Shown here one piece after another: positions 12,173 to 25,700 of a DNA stretch of 64,000 bases. The stretch comes from Balanoglossus misakiensis (lineage: Eukaryota; Animalia; Hemichordata). The notes below the pieces were generated by a model. The model did not search any database. It was not told where the DNA came from and saw only the letters and a list, made by a program, of their open reading frames with translations. How positions within the stretch are numbered: the first letter of the stretch is position 1; each line of letters starts with the position of its first letter. The position numbers and the translations under genes were made by a program. The stretch is taken from the NCBI GenBank assembly GCA_040954595.2, contig CM082596.2:2350999-2414998 (forward strand). The letters run 5' to 3'.

Positions 12173-15100
12173 TTAATCCTGCAAATCTAATGTTTCTAGA
12201 TCTTCGTCTAAGTCGTCTAACTCTGCATCGAATAATTGTTCATCCACTGGTACATCATCTGTAAATAATTGTTCATCAATTTGCACTCCCGTGTTGTCAA
12301 TTAAGGCAGCCTGAGCTGCAGCTATCGCCGCCTGGGTGTCGTCGACTGGCAATGCTGCAGCTTGGTCCAACTTGTTGCTTTCATCTGCAAAGAAATAGAC
12401 ATCAAGTTAGTTCCATGGCAAATAATACAATCATATACATTAACATTCATATATATTACATTTTATTAAATGCTAACAGAGAGTCGACCCTTTCACCACC
12501 AATTCCCTCTATAGAGATTGTTATCATCAAAAACAAGGGATTTGGAGCAAACCATTGTGGTGAATGGGGTAAGGTAGCAAAAAGAGGAGAAAAGTTAACT
12601 TATATACTCCAGGTGTGACCGGCACCCACACACAACTCACCGGTATTGTTTTCAAGTGGACCGTTTAATTCTGATATATTTTTACCACTCTGGCTAGGAT
12701 TATCTTTTTGGAGATGATTTTCTACACCAGGTTGCAACGAACTGGTCTCACCGGTTCTCTCGTTGGACGTGGCGATGGTAGCACCTGCTTGGTCAGATGT
12801 AGTCGCTGATGCAGCCAACGCTTCCAATGTTAGCTCTGAGACCTTCACTGGTTCCTGAGTAAAAAAGAACAACACATTCGTGAAGATACCTTTCACTGGC
12901 AGTCCACGTACTGGTTAAGTAACTTCCAGAAACTGGTAATTGTTAACAGCAAGAGATTCATGGGATGAGATGAAGACAGTACTTACTTCACCCTCCTCGT
13001 CCTCTTCTCTCTTATACTTCACATCATCGGCACCTTCGTCATCAGCATCTGCCATCTCAGGTTTAAATTCAAATACTTCCCTTCCACTGATCTGTATACG
13101 AGACAAATTAACACTATTAACCACACTATGAATAAACAATGGATTTGTCTCCACAGACAGGCATGTATAGTGGTCCAGTAGTCTCCTGCTCATGCAGTAA
13201 TAAACAGATTCTGCAATGATGTGTTCATATACAGCACAGTCACATCTAACATTACAGACAACTTTCTAATGCAGAAAGCTCTCTATACTTACACCAAGGG
13301 CCTTGCCCTGTTTGAAATCCTCTTTCCTCCTCTTGACATCAGCATCAAGTTTTTTCTTCTTCTCCTGTAACTTTTTCCGTTTCCAGTCGAGAAAGGATTC
13401 TAATGTGATTTTTGGGTGGTTGGCACCAAGTTTAGCTCGCTGCATAGAAACAAAAAAAGTGTGGTTTGTGAGTCTTCAGTCTAGCCAAAGTGTGCATCAT
13501 TAACACGACCTTGTCCACTGTGATTAGAATTCCATGTGGCACAGTCCACTGGAATTTCAAGGAGTAGATCACAATACTGTCCTCAGTGGTAACTTTGTTA
13601 AAACTTCATACAGAATACATCCAAAAATATAAACAACAGACTTACCTCTTCTTCTATAAGTTCTTCCATTGTAATTGTGTCTTCTTCCTCTGCGGGATCT
13701 TTCTTCTTATTCTTTTTGAGTACAAAACCAGGCGGCAAGGCATGCCTATACATACACTTGTCACCTCCATTTGGACATACCCAAAACCAACCGTACTTGC
13801 CATCCTCAATAGCTTGCAGAAAAAATTTGCACACCTGTGAACATTAACCAGAAATATTGCACATAAACAAAATACCCGTTATTTCACTTTTTAAACCTTC
13901 AACTTGTCTCAGAAGTAAGCTGTACCCTTGCTACTGTTATCGTCTTGGGAAAGTGTCCAACCATACAGACAGTGAATTAGAATCACTGTATGCCTCTGAC
14001 TGTGGACTCACAGATATTGCATCACATTGTCTCACAGCAGCAAAACATTAATGCATCATCTGTACTGTAGATGTGCTTATGTTAAACAATGCTATCCATA
14101 TGATCTTAACACTTACAATGTCAGTGGATGTTTGTTGTTTCTTGCTCTGATCTCCGTGCTTCTCGGCGACCACTTCAGCTAATTTTGCATCATCCCAGGT
14201 ATCCATGCTATCTATTGACGAAAACGGAATGCATGCAAATATTAAACAGCATAAAACAGAGTATAAAAATGAAAACAATGAAATCCTGGACTATGGGACT
14301 CAGAAAGGGGCTTTATTTGTTGTTATGGGTTTGACTGAAAGTCTTTACCTTGTTTGCGTTCCTCATCATCTCTGGTGTCCACATACAGACTTCTCTTTTC
14401 AGCCTTCCTCTCCATCGTCAGATCGTGAGAAAATTTGCATTTATCCCCTTTGGAGCAGGCACCTTGCTTGTAGAATGCACATACTATGGACTTCGGGTCA
14501 GCACCTTTCGATAAACAGAGAAAACACATTCCAAATCTACTTTTTCCTGCTTTAAATATCACCTTAGAAACATCTGTCACTGATCATACCAATTTTCACA
14601 AGAAACAACACTTGATAGCATAACTTACCTTTAGATACTTTTTGTACAGGTCTAAATAATGCATTTAATTCTTCCTGTTCCTTTTTCTTTTGATCCTTTT
14701 TCTTTGACCTTGATTCTTCCTGCTCTTGTTGAAGCTGTAATTATGTATCAAGGGGAAGAAGTTAAATCAAGACCCGTAATAATTCAAGTGGTAGATCATT
14801 TGATCTGGGCACTTTGCACTACATTAACTACACTATTTATAATTCATCATTTTTGGTCTTACCTGTCTGGCACTTTTCTGGCCACCGCTTTTCACTTGCT
14901 GGGTCACATTCTTGATGTACGTCTGTTGCTTAGCTCCTTTCTTGTTTTTTAAGCCGAATGTTTTATCCTAAAATGAACAAAAAACACTGCAAATGAGAAT
15001 CTAAGTGTAAAACCCGGAAGTTTGTTGAAAGTGTGCCCCTCAATGTTCGTTTCAAATGAATGTATCAAAAGTTCCATTTGGCACATCTGAAATCAGCAAC

Positions 15101-15412
15101 TTTCTCAGATCAGAATCACATCCTATTTGCGTTGATCAGAATCTCAAGGCTGACAGGAACTAACTGGAAGGTCATACTGAAGTCTTGTATTTCACGTGAT
15201 TGTGCAAGAACAAAGTAGCTTTTCCCGATCAAAGGCATGGCAGCAGATCACCGGGTGAACGTGACATCATGCATGCTTTGCGAGCCAACAATCGACAAAA
15301 TGAAGAGTATGTTAAAAATAAATGATGACAAGTGCTTTACCTCAATTATCTTTTCTTTCTTCTTTTGCTCTGTCTTTTTACTCGCCCCTTGAGCTTGTTT
15401 TTTTGGTGGCAT
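12173..15412 (-). CDS. ZC3H15: Zinc finger CCCH-type containing 15 (DFRP1/Tma46, DRG1 regulator)
   Basis: Start [24 protein letters not shown]|[15 protein letters not shown]1 [33 protein letters not shown]2 [42 protein letters not shown] domain [13 protein letters not shown]...[13 protein letters not shown]. Acidic tail ending [11 protein letters not shown]. Confidence 0.97.
12488..12569 (+). mobile_element. Short MITE-like repeat, copy 1 (ZC3H15 last intron)
   Basis: Imperfect TIRs CCCTTTCACCA...TGGTGAATGGG. The internal AAAACAAGGGATTTGGAGCAAACCAT aligns by eye with the copies at 35131, 35914, 39756 and 56165. Confidence 0.65.
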
Positions 15413-15479
15413 TCTGAAGGCCTTCGTCAAAATATTGACATACTTCTAATACACCACGACGAAATCGGAGGTATCCCTC

Positions 15480-15507
15480 AATGGCGGTCTGCAATGTATG
15501 CTGGGTA
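15480..15507. promoter_or_regulatory. YY1-like core plus Staf/ZNF143-like site in the ZC3H15/VASH divergent promoter
   Basis: AATGGCGG at 15480. Minus-strand TACCCAGCATACATTGCA (15490-15507) has one mismatch to the Staf consensus YWCCCRNMATSCMYYRCR. Confidence 0.45.
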
Positions 15508-16087
15508 ATCTCATCGGCAGAAAATAACTTGTCATCTCCGTTGATTTAAACTGTTTTATTTCCAAAAACATTAGATATTTCTGAATGTATTATATGATTT
15601 AAAAAGCAAATGTACATAAATTCTGCTCATCAAATTGCAAATTATGTTTGACATTGTAACTGACATTTCGGGTCTTTGAACGTACCTTGGGAACGAGCCC
15701 ACCGGCGTTGATTTCTTTTTTCCGCCATATGGTATGGCACAGATTCGTACATTTATTTCGCGTAACTTGATAAAATAATTCTTAGGTCAAAGTCTGTGAA
15801 TTAAATATAGCAAATTAAATTATATTATTCATATCTTATGAATAAAAAATATGACTATAATTTACAGGCAAACAAGTATTTTGAACACACAGTCTGTACG
15901 TTGGCAGCTAGTCTCAGTGACTCCTGAAATCCGAAAAAGGATCTGAGCCTGAAAATAGGGCAAATGACCTCGCAACGTAAACATTGATCCGTCAATGGTA
16001 AGCAACGGTCGATTTCTGCTCGTATATTCCCCTGATTTGCCTGATTTTTCGTTTCACGGGTGAATATCAGAACTGTTATGAATGTAA

Positions 16088-18199
16088 ATGTCAGACTTGA
16101 AAAAAGGTGACGACAAGGGGCGAGGAAAAGAGGATGACGGCGATTTCCAGGAGGAGAGCGGAGTGCTTTTCTATGTCAACAAGGATGGTTTCCCAATAAA
16201 CAGGAAAACATGGGACCGAATGTGGCAACATGTTGCCAAAATTCATCCCGAGGGGGAAAAGATGGTTAAGAGAGTAAAAGACAGCAAAGAATTGCCCAAG
16301 GTAAGGAAAGTACAATCTTTATTATAATTTATTATTCTGCTTCCTACCCATGTTTGCCAGAAACTGTGACCTCATTTGCAGTAGAGAGCATGTATGACTA
16401 CAAGCCATGTTTCAATTTCTTCTCAGGTTGTCATACCGAGTATTCCTGTTCTGCATGGTGGAATGACAGTAGCAGATAAATTGGATGCAGTGCAGAACTA
16501 CATGTCTGAACTGCAGTATCCTTTACAGTGAAACTTCAACTTGAATGTCTGCCCTCTTACCACAAGGAAAAGTTGAAAACACTACCTCTAAAACTGTTCC
16601 ATGTTTTAATAGACATGTGTAGCATAGAATAATCTACCAGTACATTGTGCTTCCTTAATATAACCTTCAGGTATAACCATACAGGAACTCAGTTCTTTGA
16701 AATCAAGAAAAACAGACCTCTGACTGGGTAAGTAACAATGACTATACTAGCATTTGTTGTCATATTTGACTGAAAATACTGATTTTGTTCATGAAATTCT
16801 ATCAAGCCACAAATCTTCCCATACCCATCATTTCAGTCCCAATAGATGTTGTTGAATATAATCAATAATATATGATGTCTTTGTTTCTTTTCTCTTGTAG
16901 CTTGATCGATTCAGCCAAGGAAATGATACGAGAATCACTGCCTATCAAATGCCTTGAAGCTGTAATCCTTGGCATGTATCCTTGTTTCTATGATGTAAAC
17001 AAATTATGTTCAAAGTTTTTATACTTTAAAATTTTTAACCGTCATAAATTATTACAATAACTGGTTCTCCTTGACCAACTGGAAGTCATCTCACAAATGG
17101 AATCTCTGGTCTGGAACGGTTTCCAATCAGCTTTAAGACTCAGTTCATGGGAAACTTTCACAGGCACGTAGTGTTGGGTGTCTACTACGCCGGCAAGTAT
17201 GGAGTTGTGGGAATGAGTCGTAGAGACGACCTCATGTACAAATCACTGACATTCAAGGTAATATGGAAGACCATTTTCAATTGGTTGTTAAAAATTCTAC
17301 TTAATTTTATGACAGAAACCCAGCCAATCACAGACCTCTTTGAGGATTGTCTTAAGTTCCCTTGAATGATTTATTTTACAGAATTTAACAGATCTCATCA
17401 TAGACTTTGAAGATTCATATCAGAGATGTAAGTACCAGTAATCTTGTGTCTGTGAGAATTTACATGCAAAAACGTGCGAGGTTTAACATACAAATATCTC
17501 GAGAATCATGAGAACTCACTTGTCATATGTTCATTTTTTCCACAGATTGGCATTCAGTCAAAAAGGTTAAGATAGGATTACCAGTGTCCCATGATCCACA
17601 CAGTTATGAAACCATCCAGTGGAAGGTAGGAATATTTTTCTTTCCAAATACCAACTTGGAACATAAAGAACATTATCCTGTTATTACAATGTAACTCTGC
17701 AACTGACACTTCATAAATATAAATTTGTTGTTTCTTTTCAGTACCTTTCTCTCAGTATGAGGAGACTTTCACGGGAAGAACTCCGAAGAGAAGTTGAGAG
17801 ACACGCCAAAGATATGAGAAGTCGGGTGAGTAGTACATGTACTGTGTGTGTCCTGTTGGAATGTAGAAGCCATCTTGTTCCCTACTTGTTGCATTGAATT
17901 CTTGTATGTATTGTGTTGTATATGATTCAATACCTGGTTCTCTCATTTGTCAGTTCAAGCAGGCATCTCCCGTGAAGGAAAGCAAGGCGTCCAGTCTCAG
18001 CCTGTCTCCAAGGAAGGAATCCATGATGGGAAGATCACCAAGGAAAGACGTCAGTATGCAAAGTGCTGTGAGGAAAGAAGTCACAAACAAAGAAACAGCA
18101 GGAGCATCACCGTTGGGCAGTGACAATTCTGACGGTGACAAGAGTCCAACTGTTGCAAAGAAGCAGTTTAGTCCCGGAGATTATCAAATTAGGATCTGA
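16088..18199 (+). CDS. VASH: Vasohibin (tubulin tyrosine carboxypeptidase), 9 coding exons
   Basis: FYVNKDGFPINRKTWDRMWQHVAKIHP, QYNHTGTQFFEIKKNRPLTG, catalytic Cys motif LPIKCLEAVILG, ERFPISFKT...FHRHVVLG...GMSRRDDLMYK and C-terminal YQIRI* as in VASH1/2. Exons 16088-16300, 16427-16515, 16671-16727, 16901-16975, 17086-17257, 17382-17427, 17546-17625, 17742-17826, 17954-18199. Confidence 0.97.
16516..16670 (+). other. U12-type (minor spliceosome) GT-AG intron in vasohibin
   Basis: 5' site GTATCCTTT; branch sequence TTCCTTAAT at 16651-16659, about 11 nt before the AG. Splicing restores ELQ|YNHTG in frame. Confidence 0.92.
16976..17085 (+). other. Second U12-type GT-AG intron in vasohibin
   Basis: 5' site GTATCCTTG; branch TTCTCCTTGAC at 17065-17075; no polypyrimidine tract; ends in AAG. 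Splicing restores LGI|HLTNG in frame. Confidence 0.92.
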
Positions 18200-19759
18200 A
18201 TCAGCAAAGTACTGACAGCATATCATATCAGACTGAAAATCAAAGTCTTGTATGTAAAATCCAGAGTTGAACCTTTTTTGTTCATATCAGCTTTACTTTG
18301 TATTCTGAAGAGAAATACTAATGAAAGAGTACAGTTGCTTAAATATTTTTTTTCTTGTTTTGTACATATCGATTAAATTTCAGTATTAACAAACATGACC
18401 GTTGTTGTTTTCTATCTGGGGAAATGTCCATATTACCAGGTTAGATATTCTTTGTAGGTTACTACACCACAAAGTTCAGTGAATGAGGTTCACTTCAGTC
18501 ACTCCTAATCCCAGGTCACCTGTTCAGACTCAAACCGCCAAGTCTATGAAACCAGTGATGGCCCCTGAAGCAATCAATCAAACAAGTAAATGTTAATGTG
18601 TATTCTTCTCACAGAACATACTGATGTTGATAAAATTGATAAAAAGTTGAAAATGAATTTGCATGTAAGTTTTCAGAAACTAGATTAAGTCACATAAATT
18701 TCTTCACAGCCAAAAGCCGAATAATAATCAAAGACACTTGACCAATAATCGCACATTCTCTGGAAAAATACACTGCAATCAAACTGCACAACAAATTTTT
18801 CTCTCAAAATAAAATGTTTTTTATTTCATTGAAGGAGCAAATAGACAAATTTGTAGTTTACAGATCGTATACCAGCTCTTGGGTCAGGAAAGTTAGAAAC
18901 ATTTTGTGGACATGAAACACACACAGCTTGTTCTGCAATTGTAGCCAAGCATCAATATGTGAGTGCTACACAAATATATCTGTAACCACACCAATGAGAA
19001 GTAAACACACAGCAGCACTAATGAGATTACACACAAAGAAGAAAGATTTTATTGACGCTGGCAGTACATTTACTTCAGTTTCTTGACCTTGAAAAAAATA
19101 AAAGCACAAAGACTAAAAATTTAAAACACAGGGACTCGCATCCACACTTGGAATTTCTGCGAAATCTATCGAGTTTCATAAATTTTTGGTGAATGTGAGA
19201 AAATAGAAGTCTCTAAAAGTGATTGAGACGATGACATCATGGAAACTTACTAAACTAAAATTAGATGATAGATAATATCCGACTGTTTTTGATTTGCTCA
19301 AGAGACTAGTGACCTATTATATAAGTGACTATACTTGCCAGTCTATCTTTACAAATTTACTGCCAACTAGCATGACTAGTATTTAATATTGACGTGTATC
19401 ACAAAATTTACATACTCTTTCTGTTCATTAAAAAAATACCCAATCATCACTGCTAATGGAGCATTGCTCCCACATGACATCTTGTGAAGCGGTCTTGGAA
19501 GACTGCTTCTGATTGGTCGATTCTTGTCAATTCAAGAGGTGCATGGATGCTGCAACGAATGAGAACAGACCTTATGAGTTGCTCAGTGATCCAATGTCTT
19601 TTCCGTCCAGTGACGATATGACTTGGTATCTTGTCACGCAAGGCTTTGCTTGTGCCTCATATTGTCTCTTCATTCCGTCATTTTCACGTCAAAAATCTTG
19701 AAATGTGTCATTGCTCAGGATTTCCTTAAAAATCAGGATGAAGTTTTCTCTCAGTCAGC

Positions 19760-22700
19760 TTATGCTTCATCCAACACTTCCATGTCACTTCCCAGAGTCA
19801 TACTGATTCCGCTGCCAATGCTTTCATTGTCGGAATCTGTGAAGTGAAACAGAGAAGAGATGTTAACATTTCAGACAAGAGTGGTGTGGGTGGGGTGTTT
19901 CAGCATGGTTGCATCAAATCCATGGATACCTGCAACACACAAGGTTCCTGACACTCAGGCTGGCAGCAGGAAATGGGAATATTTGAATATACACGGGCAG
20001 TCTCTGTTCTCTTGCTGGAAGCTGCAATCAGTTTTGACCAAGTCAACATGTTGTATTCATTGAACGTAACATGAACAATCTCAGATATCAATTTGGCAAG
20101 TTGATAAAACAAGAATTTGGTAACTATGTTAGTTGTAACAAAGCTTAAGGTGTATATTTCCATCTTACAAATTAATAACATATGGAGATAGATAGTGAGA
20201 GCTTGAAGATAAAAATTGTTAGTATAAATACTGATATATATGAAATTATCTTTTTTAACTCTTGTATATCTCAAACAAAGATGTGTCCTGTAAGAGTAAC
20301 TTGTCAACCATAAAGACGAGTAATTATCAACTGAACAATTTTGATGAACAATTGAAACAATACTGCATGCATTATTGAACTCATAAACACCAAAAGAGGA
20401 CTTTTACTCCCCATACTTTTGTGTGTGTGTCCACTGCTACTTTTTACCTTTGGGAGGAAAAAATAAAAGTATGTGTACAAAAATTATTCAAGCACATTGT
20501 TAGCACAGGAAATTTATGCAGTGTCGGTATCTTGCTATTAAGAAAATTCAAATTGATGTCCACATGAAATCATTATCGTGTTATGTGAAAAAAAAGGTCA
20601 CCTCACCTCCTAATATATTGTCTTTGCTCTCTTTTTGAACAGTACTGGTTTGATCACTTCCCTCACGTGGCTTCTTATTGAAGAAGATATCGTACAGGTC
20701 TTTCGTGGGGGCCTTACTTTTGCCAGTACTGGGAGGCGGGGGTTTCTGTTTGGGTAGGTTACTTTTGACGGACGCTGTGTTCTCAACTCTGGGCTCTTGC
20801 GACGTTCGAGTTGCAGCTGTGGCCGTCGCAGATGTCTGGTTGGTGTTCTGAGTTGTCGCAGTGGTCTTGGCAGGAGCTGTCTGGTCCCCCCCTTGAGTTT
20901 GCCCAGCGGCCCCGAAGAAAGCCTTTGCAATGTCTTTCTTACTCAGACCCTCGGAGACCATAGGTACGCCCTTTCCTTTCTGTCCAGGGCCGATTTCAAA
21001 GAACGTTTTCGACGGGGCCGGTTGGCCGGCGGGACGCTTTCTGAGTGGGAAAGCATCCTTCTGGTTGCTTGCTGTCTGGGAGAAAGGCATCCACGGTGAT
21101 GTGTGGGGAATCGGGGTTTTTCCACTTAGCTTGATGGTAATCCCTGCCTTATCACCTACTGACATGCCTGTGCTTTCCGACATTGTAACAGAACTAGCAG
21201 TGGACGTGGAAGCTGTTGTGCCGCTCCATTTAAACACTCCAAACCCCGGAGAATTATCCGGAGTAGTCTGTTTCTTTCCTCCAAGCAAAGTCAACTTGAT
21301 CCCCGATTTCCCGCCACTCGAATTACTCTTACTGCCGCCCACTTCTTGCACCTTTGTCGTCGTCTCACTGCCACCTTCCCCATCCAACTCTTCCACATTC
21401 TGTTTCATTTCCGACTCCATCAATTTGGCCTTTTTCTCATCAAGTTCTTTTTTCCTCATCTCCCTCTTTCTCCTCTTCTCTTCGTCCTGTGCTTCTTGTT
21501 CTTCGAGACGACGCTTCCTTTCAGCAGACAAAATCACCGCAGTGGACGCAGCCCTGTCTAATGATTTCCGTTTCTCATAGAAAGGGTTGTCTTCCAAAAA
21601 TTTCTTCAACAAAACAGATACATTCAAAGTTAGTGACATCTTGATTGAGGAAAACGCTATATTATAATCACAACATACTTGATCATGTCACAAAATTTTC
21701 ATATAACAATATTTTATACAAAAATTAATAAGTGCTTCACCTGGTAGGTTTTATTATGCTTCTCGGTTTTCAAGTGTTCAATGGCAACCTCCTTGTCACC
21801 CATGAATTCCATACAGAGTGAACAGAACAAGGCGTGCACTGGCATGACAAACTCTGATCCTGAAATGTGAAATACAATAGTATATCAGAGATCCCATACA
21901 TCCAACACTCCTGACCCACTCCTGTAATTACAGGGTCAGGATCAAAAACTGAGTATCAGCTTCAAGTTTCCACAGGTCTATATATTCGACAAGTGCTGTT
22001 CATATGCTTAACTCAAATACACAGAATCATTCCACACAAAGAAATATTCTTACCTTTCAAGGGTGTTGCTAAATGCCTTGCTCGACTCTCTTCTTGTTTA
22101 ACCGGAGGATTCACGACTTTCCATGGCTTTTCTGTAGCATCCATCCTCTATGAAAAGGTACAGCAATACGCAGATATTTTCATAGAAGCACGCAAGACAT
22201 GAAAGCTCAGAAACCACAAATTTGAAGTCAATTACACTGCACTGCTTAGATGTCTGAGAATGATATTTAATCAACTTCCAGCAGTGTAACTTCTTGAAGT
22301 TAGGAAATCTATCTATACAGAATACTCACTCAACTCTTCAAATCCACATGGAAAACAGTTTTCAGTTTGATAACTGGAATAATGCCATTCATAATTTGTG
22401 CTTCTCTGGAAGCAGTCTCATGCAACAAGTGCATGATGCATCCAGTTTTGCATTTTTTGTTTGTCTTCTGAAATGCTTCGTCATTTTTCCCCCTTGTAAT
22501 GGGGTCAAATCTTGTGGGCACAGTATTCCCCAATACTGCAACATTCCACATGAAATACTGTACATCTGCGTACAGTATACCTCTTCTATAAACTCACTAG
22601 GTCAGATCTACATAAGTGTGTATACCTTCTGATGGCTTTTCGACTGCAAATGGTCCAGCCACGCGTCCAAATTGGCAAACGAAAAGTTGCAAATCTGACA

Positions 22701-25700
22701 CCAGTGATCGCAGTTATCTACGTATACAAACTGAAATCTAGGCATTTTGGGCGGTTCTTTTTCTGCTTGTGGCTGATCTTGCTTCACTTCTGGTTTCTTC
22801 TGGTCCGTCTTGTTGTTGCTAGCGACCTAAAGGAGCACAAGACAACAGATAAGACAAATCATACTGAAAGTTCATGTAGAAAGTATGTGCAATGTTGTAA
22901 CTCTCAGATAACAAAAAAGTGGAGGTGAAACAACCAATTATCAGCATCTCTTTCAAACAGAAATTCTTTAGCAATCTGATCTTTTGCTTACCTTCTCATC
23001 ACTTGGTTTGGCCTTCTCTTTACCTGACCTCTCATCTTGCTGTTTGACCTTGGGTGGCAGTTCCCTACCATCGAGGGCTGCGTCCGTTTTCTCCGTTTCC
23101 TCCTGCACCTCGGAGACCTTCCTTCTCAGCAATGAGATCTGCTTCCCGATCTCGTCTTGCAGTTTGCTGTTCTCAAGCAGCAGGGGATCTTTGTGTCCGT
23201 CTTTCTGCCTCTGTTTCTTCCGCATCAGCTCTCCGCCTTGCTTTCGCAGTTTCTCTAGCTCCTTCTCCAAATACTCTAGCCTGGTCTGGTAAACTTGTTT
23301 GTTTTTCTTCAACTCCAGCAGTCTAGTCAGCTGCTTCTCTCTATCCAGCTCTTCCTGTTTTTTCTTTTCCATGGCCTGAAGGTGCTTCCGTTTCTCTTCC
23401 GCTCTCTTCCTCTCAAGCTCCTTCTGCCTGGCCAAGTGTTCTTCCTCCTTCTTTTTCCTAAAGTCTTCCTCTTTTTGTTTCTGTTCCTGAAGCGACTGTA
23501 CTTCTCTTTTGGGTGGGAGTACAGTACGCCTCGGAGCACTGCTGAATTTAAGATCTTCTTGGATTGGGATCGAGACAAGATTGGAGCCCCTCACTGTTGG
23601 CATGGCGATGGACTCTTCCGAAGCTGGTGGGATTTCTGACTGGTGGTAGGTTGTATCCGGAGGAGCTGCGGCATACCCCTCCTGCCAGTAGTCGGCTTGG
23701 TTGTACCCTCCCTCAAAAGGTTTGCCGCTTTGAGGGTATGTATCTCTGCTATCATAAGAATATTCCTGTTGCGGCGTAGCCTGGGTGTAGTAGGCACTGG
23801 CAGTTGGCCCACTGTCTGCATAGGAAGCTACTGGGTTAACATTTGAGTTGTAACTAGGTCCATAGGGTGAAGGCGATGTTTGCTGGTATTGCTGACTGTG
23901 TACAGATTGTGGTGGCCCAATTTGTGCTGGAACAGTCTGGGGTGGTACACGCTGGCTCGGTGGCCTCTCCATTTTCTGTTGGCCTGCAAGATCTTTAACT
24001 GCTGGTTTCTTCTCTTCTATCTTGGACTTGTCTTTGGTTAGCGTTTCCTGCATCTTGTTCGACTTCTCAAAGTCGAATCCAATGGCTGAGAGAATGTTGA
24101 CAATCTGTTGATTGGTGAACTCTGAATCTGCACCTTCGGCCTGACTGGGTGGCACTTCACTTGTAGGAGTGATGCTTTTGGCTTTTTTCGCACTGACTGC
24201 TTCAGTCGGGTCGTATTCCCCTTGCCTTTGATCTTGAAGACTTCTGGTATACCCTGGCTGTCTCTCTGACTGATGACTGGCCACACCTCTTGGCATATTG
24301 TACTCACCCTGACCGTGTTCATACTCACGTTGCGGCCATCCAGCTGGCTTGCTGTATTGTTCAATCGGGGATCTGTCTCGTGGTTTGGCATCTCGTCGAC
24401 CTTGAACAACTCGGTGTTCAACACTGTCCCCACGGGTATGTCGATACGAATCCTTATTTGATTGTTGGTCCCTCTTTTCAAAGCTGTCTCTCACCTGATC
24501 TCTCCCAAACTGACCTCCGCGCTCCACGGAATCTCTCCGACTACCCCTCTCTCCCGGACTAAAGCCACCGCGGCCGTGCCGCAGGTCGGCACTACTGACC
24601 AAATCTGGTTTCTTCGGTTCTGCATCTTCAACGTCATCTCCATACAAAAAGCGATCCTCGTCGTCAATTGTTGCAAAGCCAGTTCCGGCACCGCCAAAAT
24701 CGTCATCGCCGAGACCCGGGATCTTCATGTCAGAACTCTGACTCATAAAACCAAAGAAACCCACATCAGGTTCCTTTCTGTCTTCTGAGTAAGTCGACTG
24801 GCCTCTCCCTTGTGAGCTGGTATCCTCAACATCGAACACATTTCTTCCCATTTTCCTCGGCTGATCATACACTGGCTCTTCTCTGTGCCTTCTATCCTCA
24901 AAGACATCATCATGGTACCTGGAGTGTTTTCTATGATCATCCACACTTCTTTGGATTTCAGGAGATTCGGGGCGACGAATATAGCTCGGCCGTTCTTGAA
25001 AGTATGGATCTCTTCCAAGGCCTTCCTGTGGTGGTCTCAGTGGACCGGCTTTCTGCCTCTCAAGACTGGATCGGTTCCTTGGCGGCGCATCATATCCAAC
25101 GCTGTCCTGAGATCTGTCATCCCGTACATCTCTCGCCTTTCGTCGTTTCTTCGACCTCTGTCTCGCCAGACTACTGCTGGTTGTGTAGCTTGTATAACTA
25201 CTGCTTGAACTATCACTGTCGTAACTGCGGTAACTGTCACTGGAGCTTGACCAGCTTCTCCCGCGCCCTCTTCGTTTCTCTCTCTCCCGACTCCGGTCAC
25301 GGTGCTTTTGTTTATCACTCACCCTGCCTTTATCCCGTCCTTTTCGACTGTCTCGCTCGTAACTTCTTTCACGCTCTTTGTGTTTGTCTCTCTCCCTGCT
25401 TCGATCATGATCTCTGTACTTGTCTCGATCTCGACTCCTTTCACGATCTCGACTCCTGTCTGGATCTCGACTTCTGTCTCGATCCAAGCTTCTATCACGA
25501 TCTCTACTTGCTTCTCTGTCGTGGCTCATTTCTTTACTTTTACTCTTCTCTCCATCTTTATCTTTGTACTTTTTAGCATTTCCTTTGTTCTTTTTTCCTT
25601 TTACACTATCTTTGCCTCTGTCTTTATTTCTGTCTATCTCATCATCTGCATATTTCTTTTTGCCATCTTCTTTTCGAGCTTGCTTCTTTTCGAGGGAACT

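Noticed and set aside
20930-21644. 216-aa and 96-aa plus-strand ORFs
   Set aside because: Antisense shadows of the ZNF318 penultimate coding exon.
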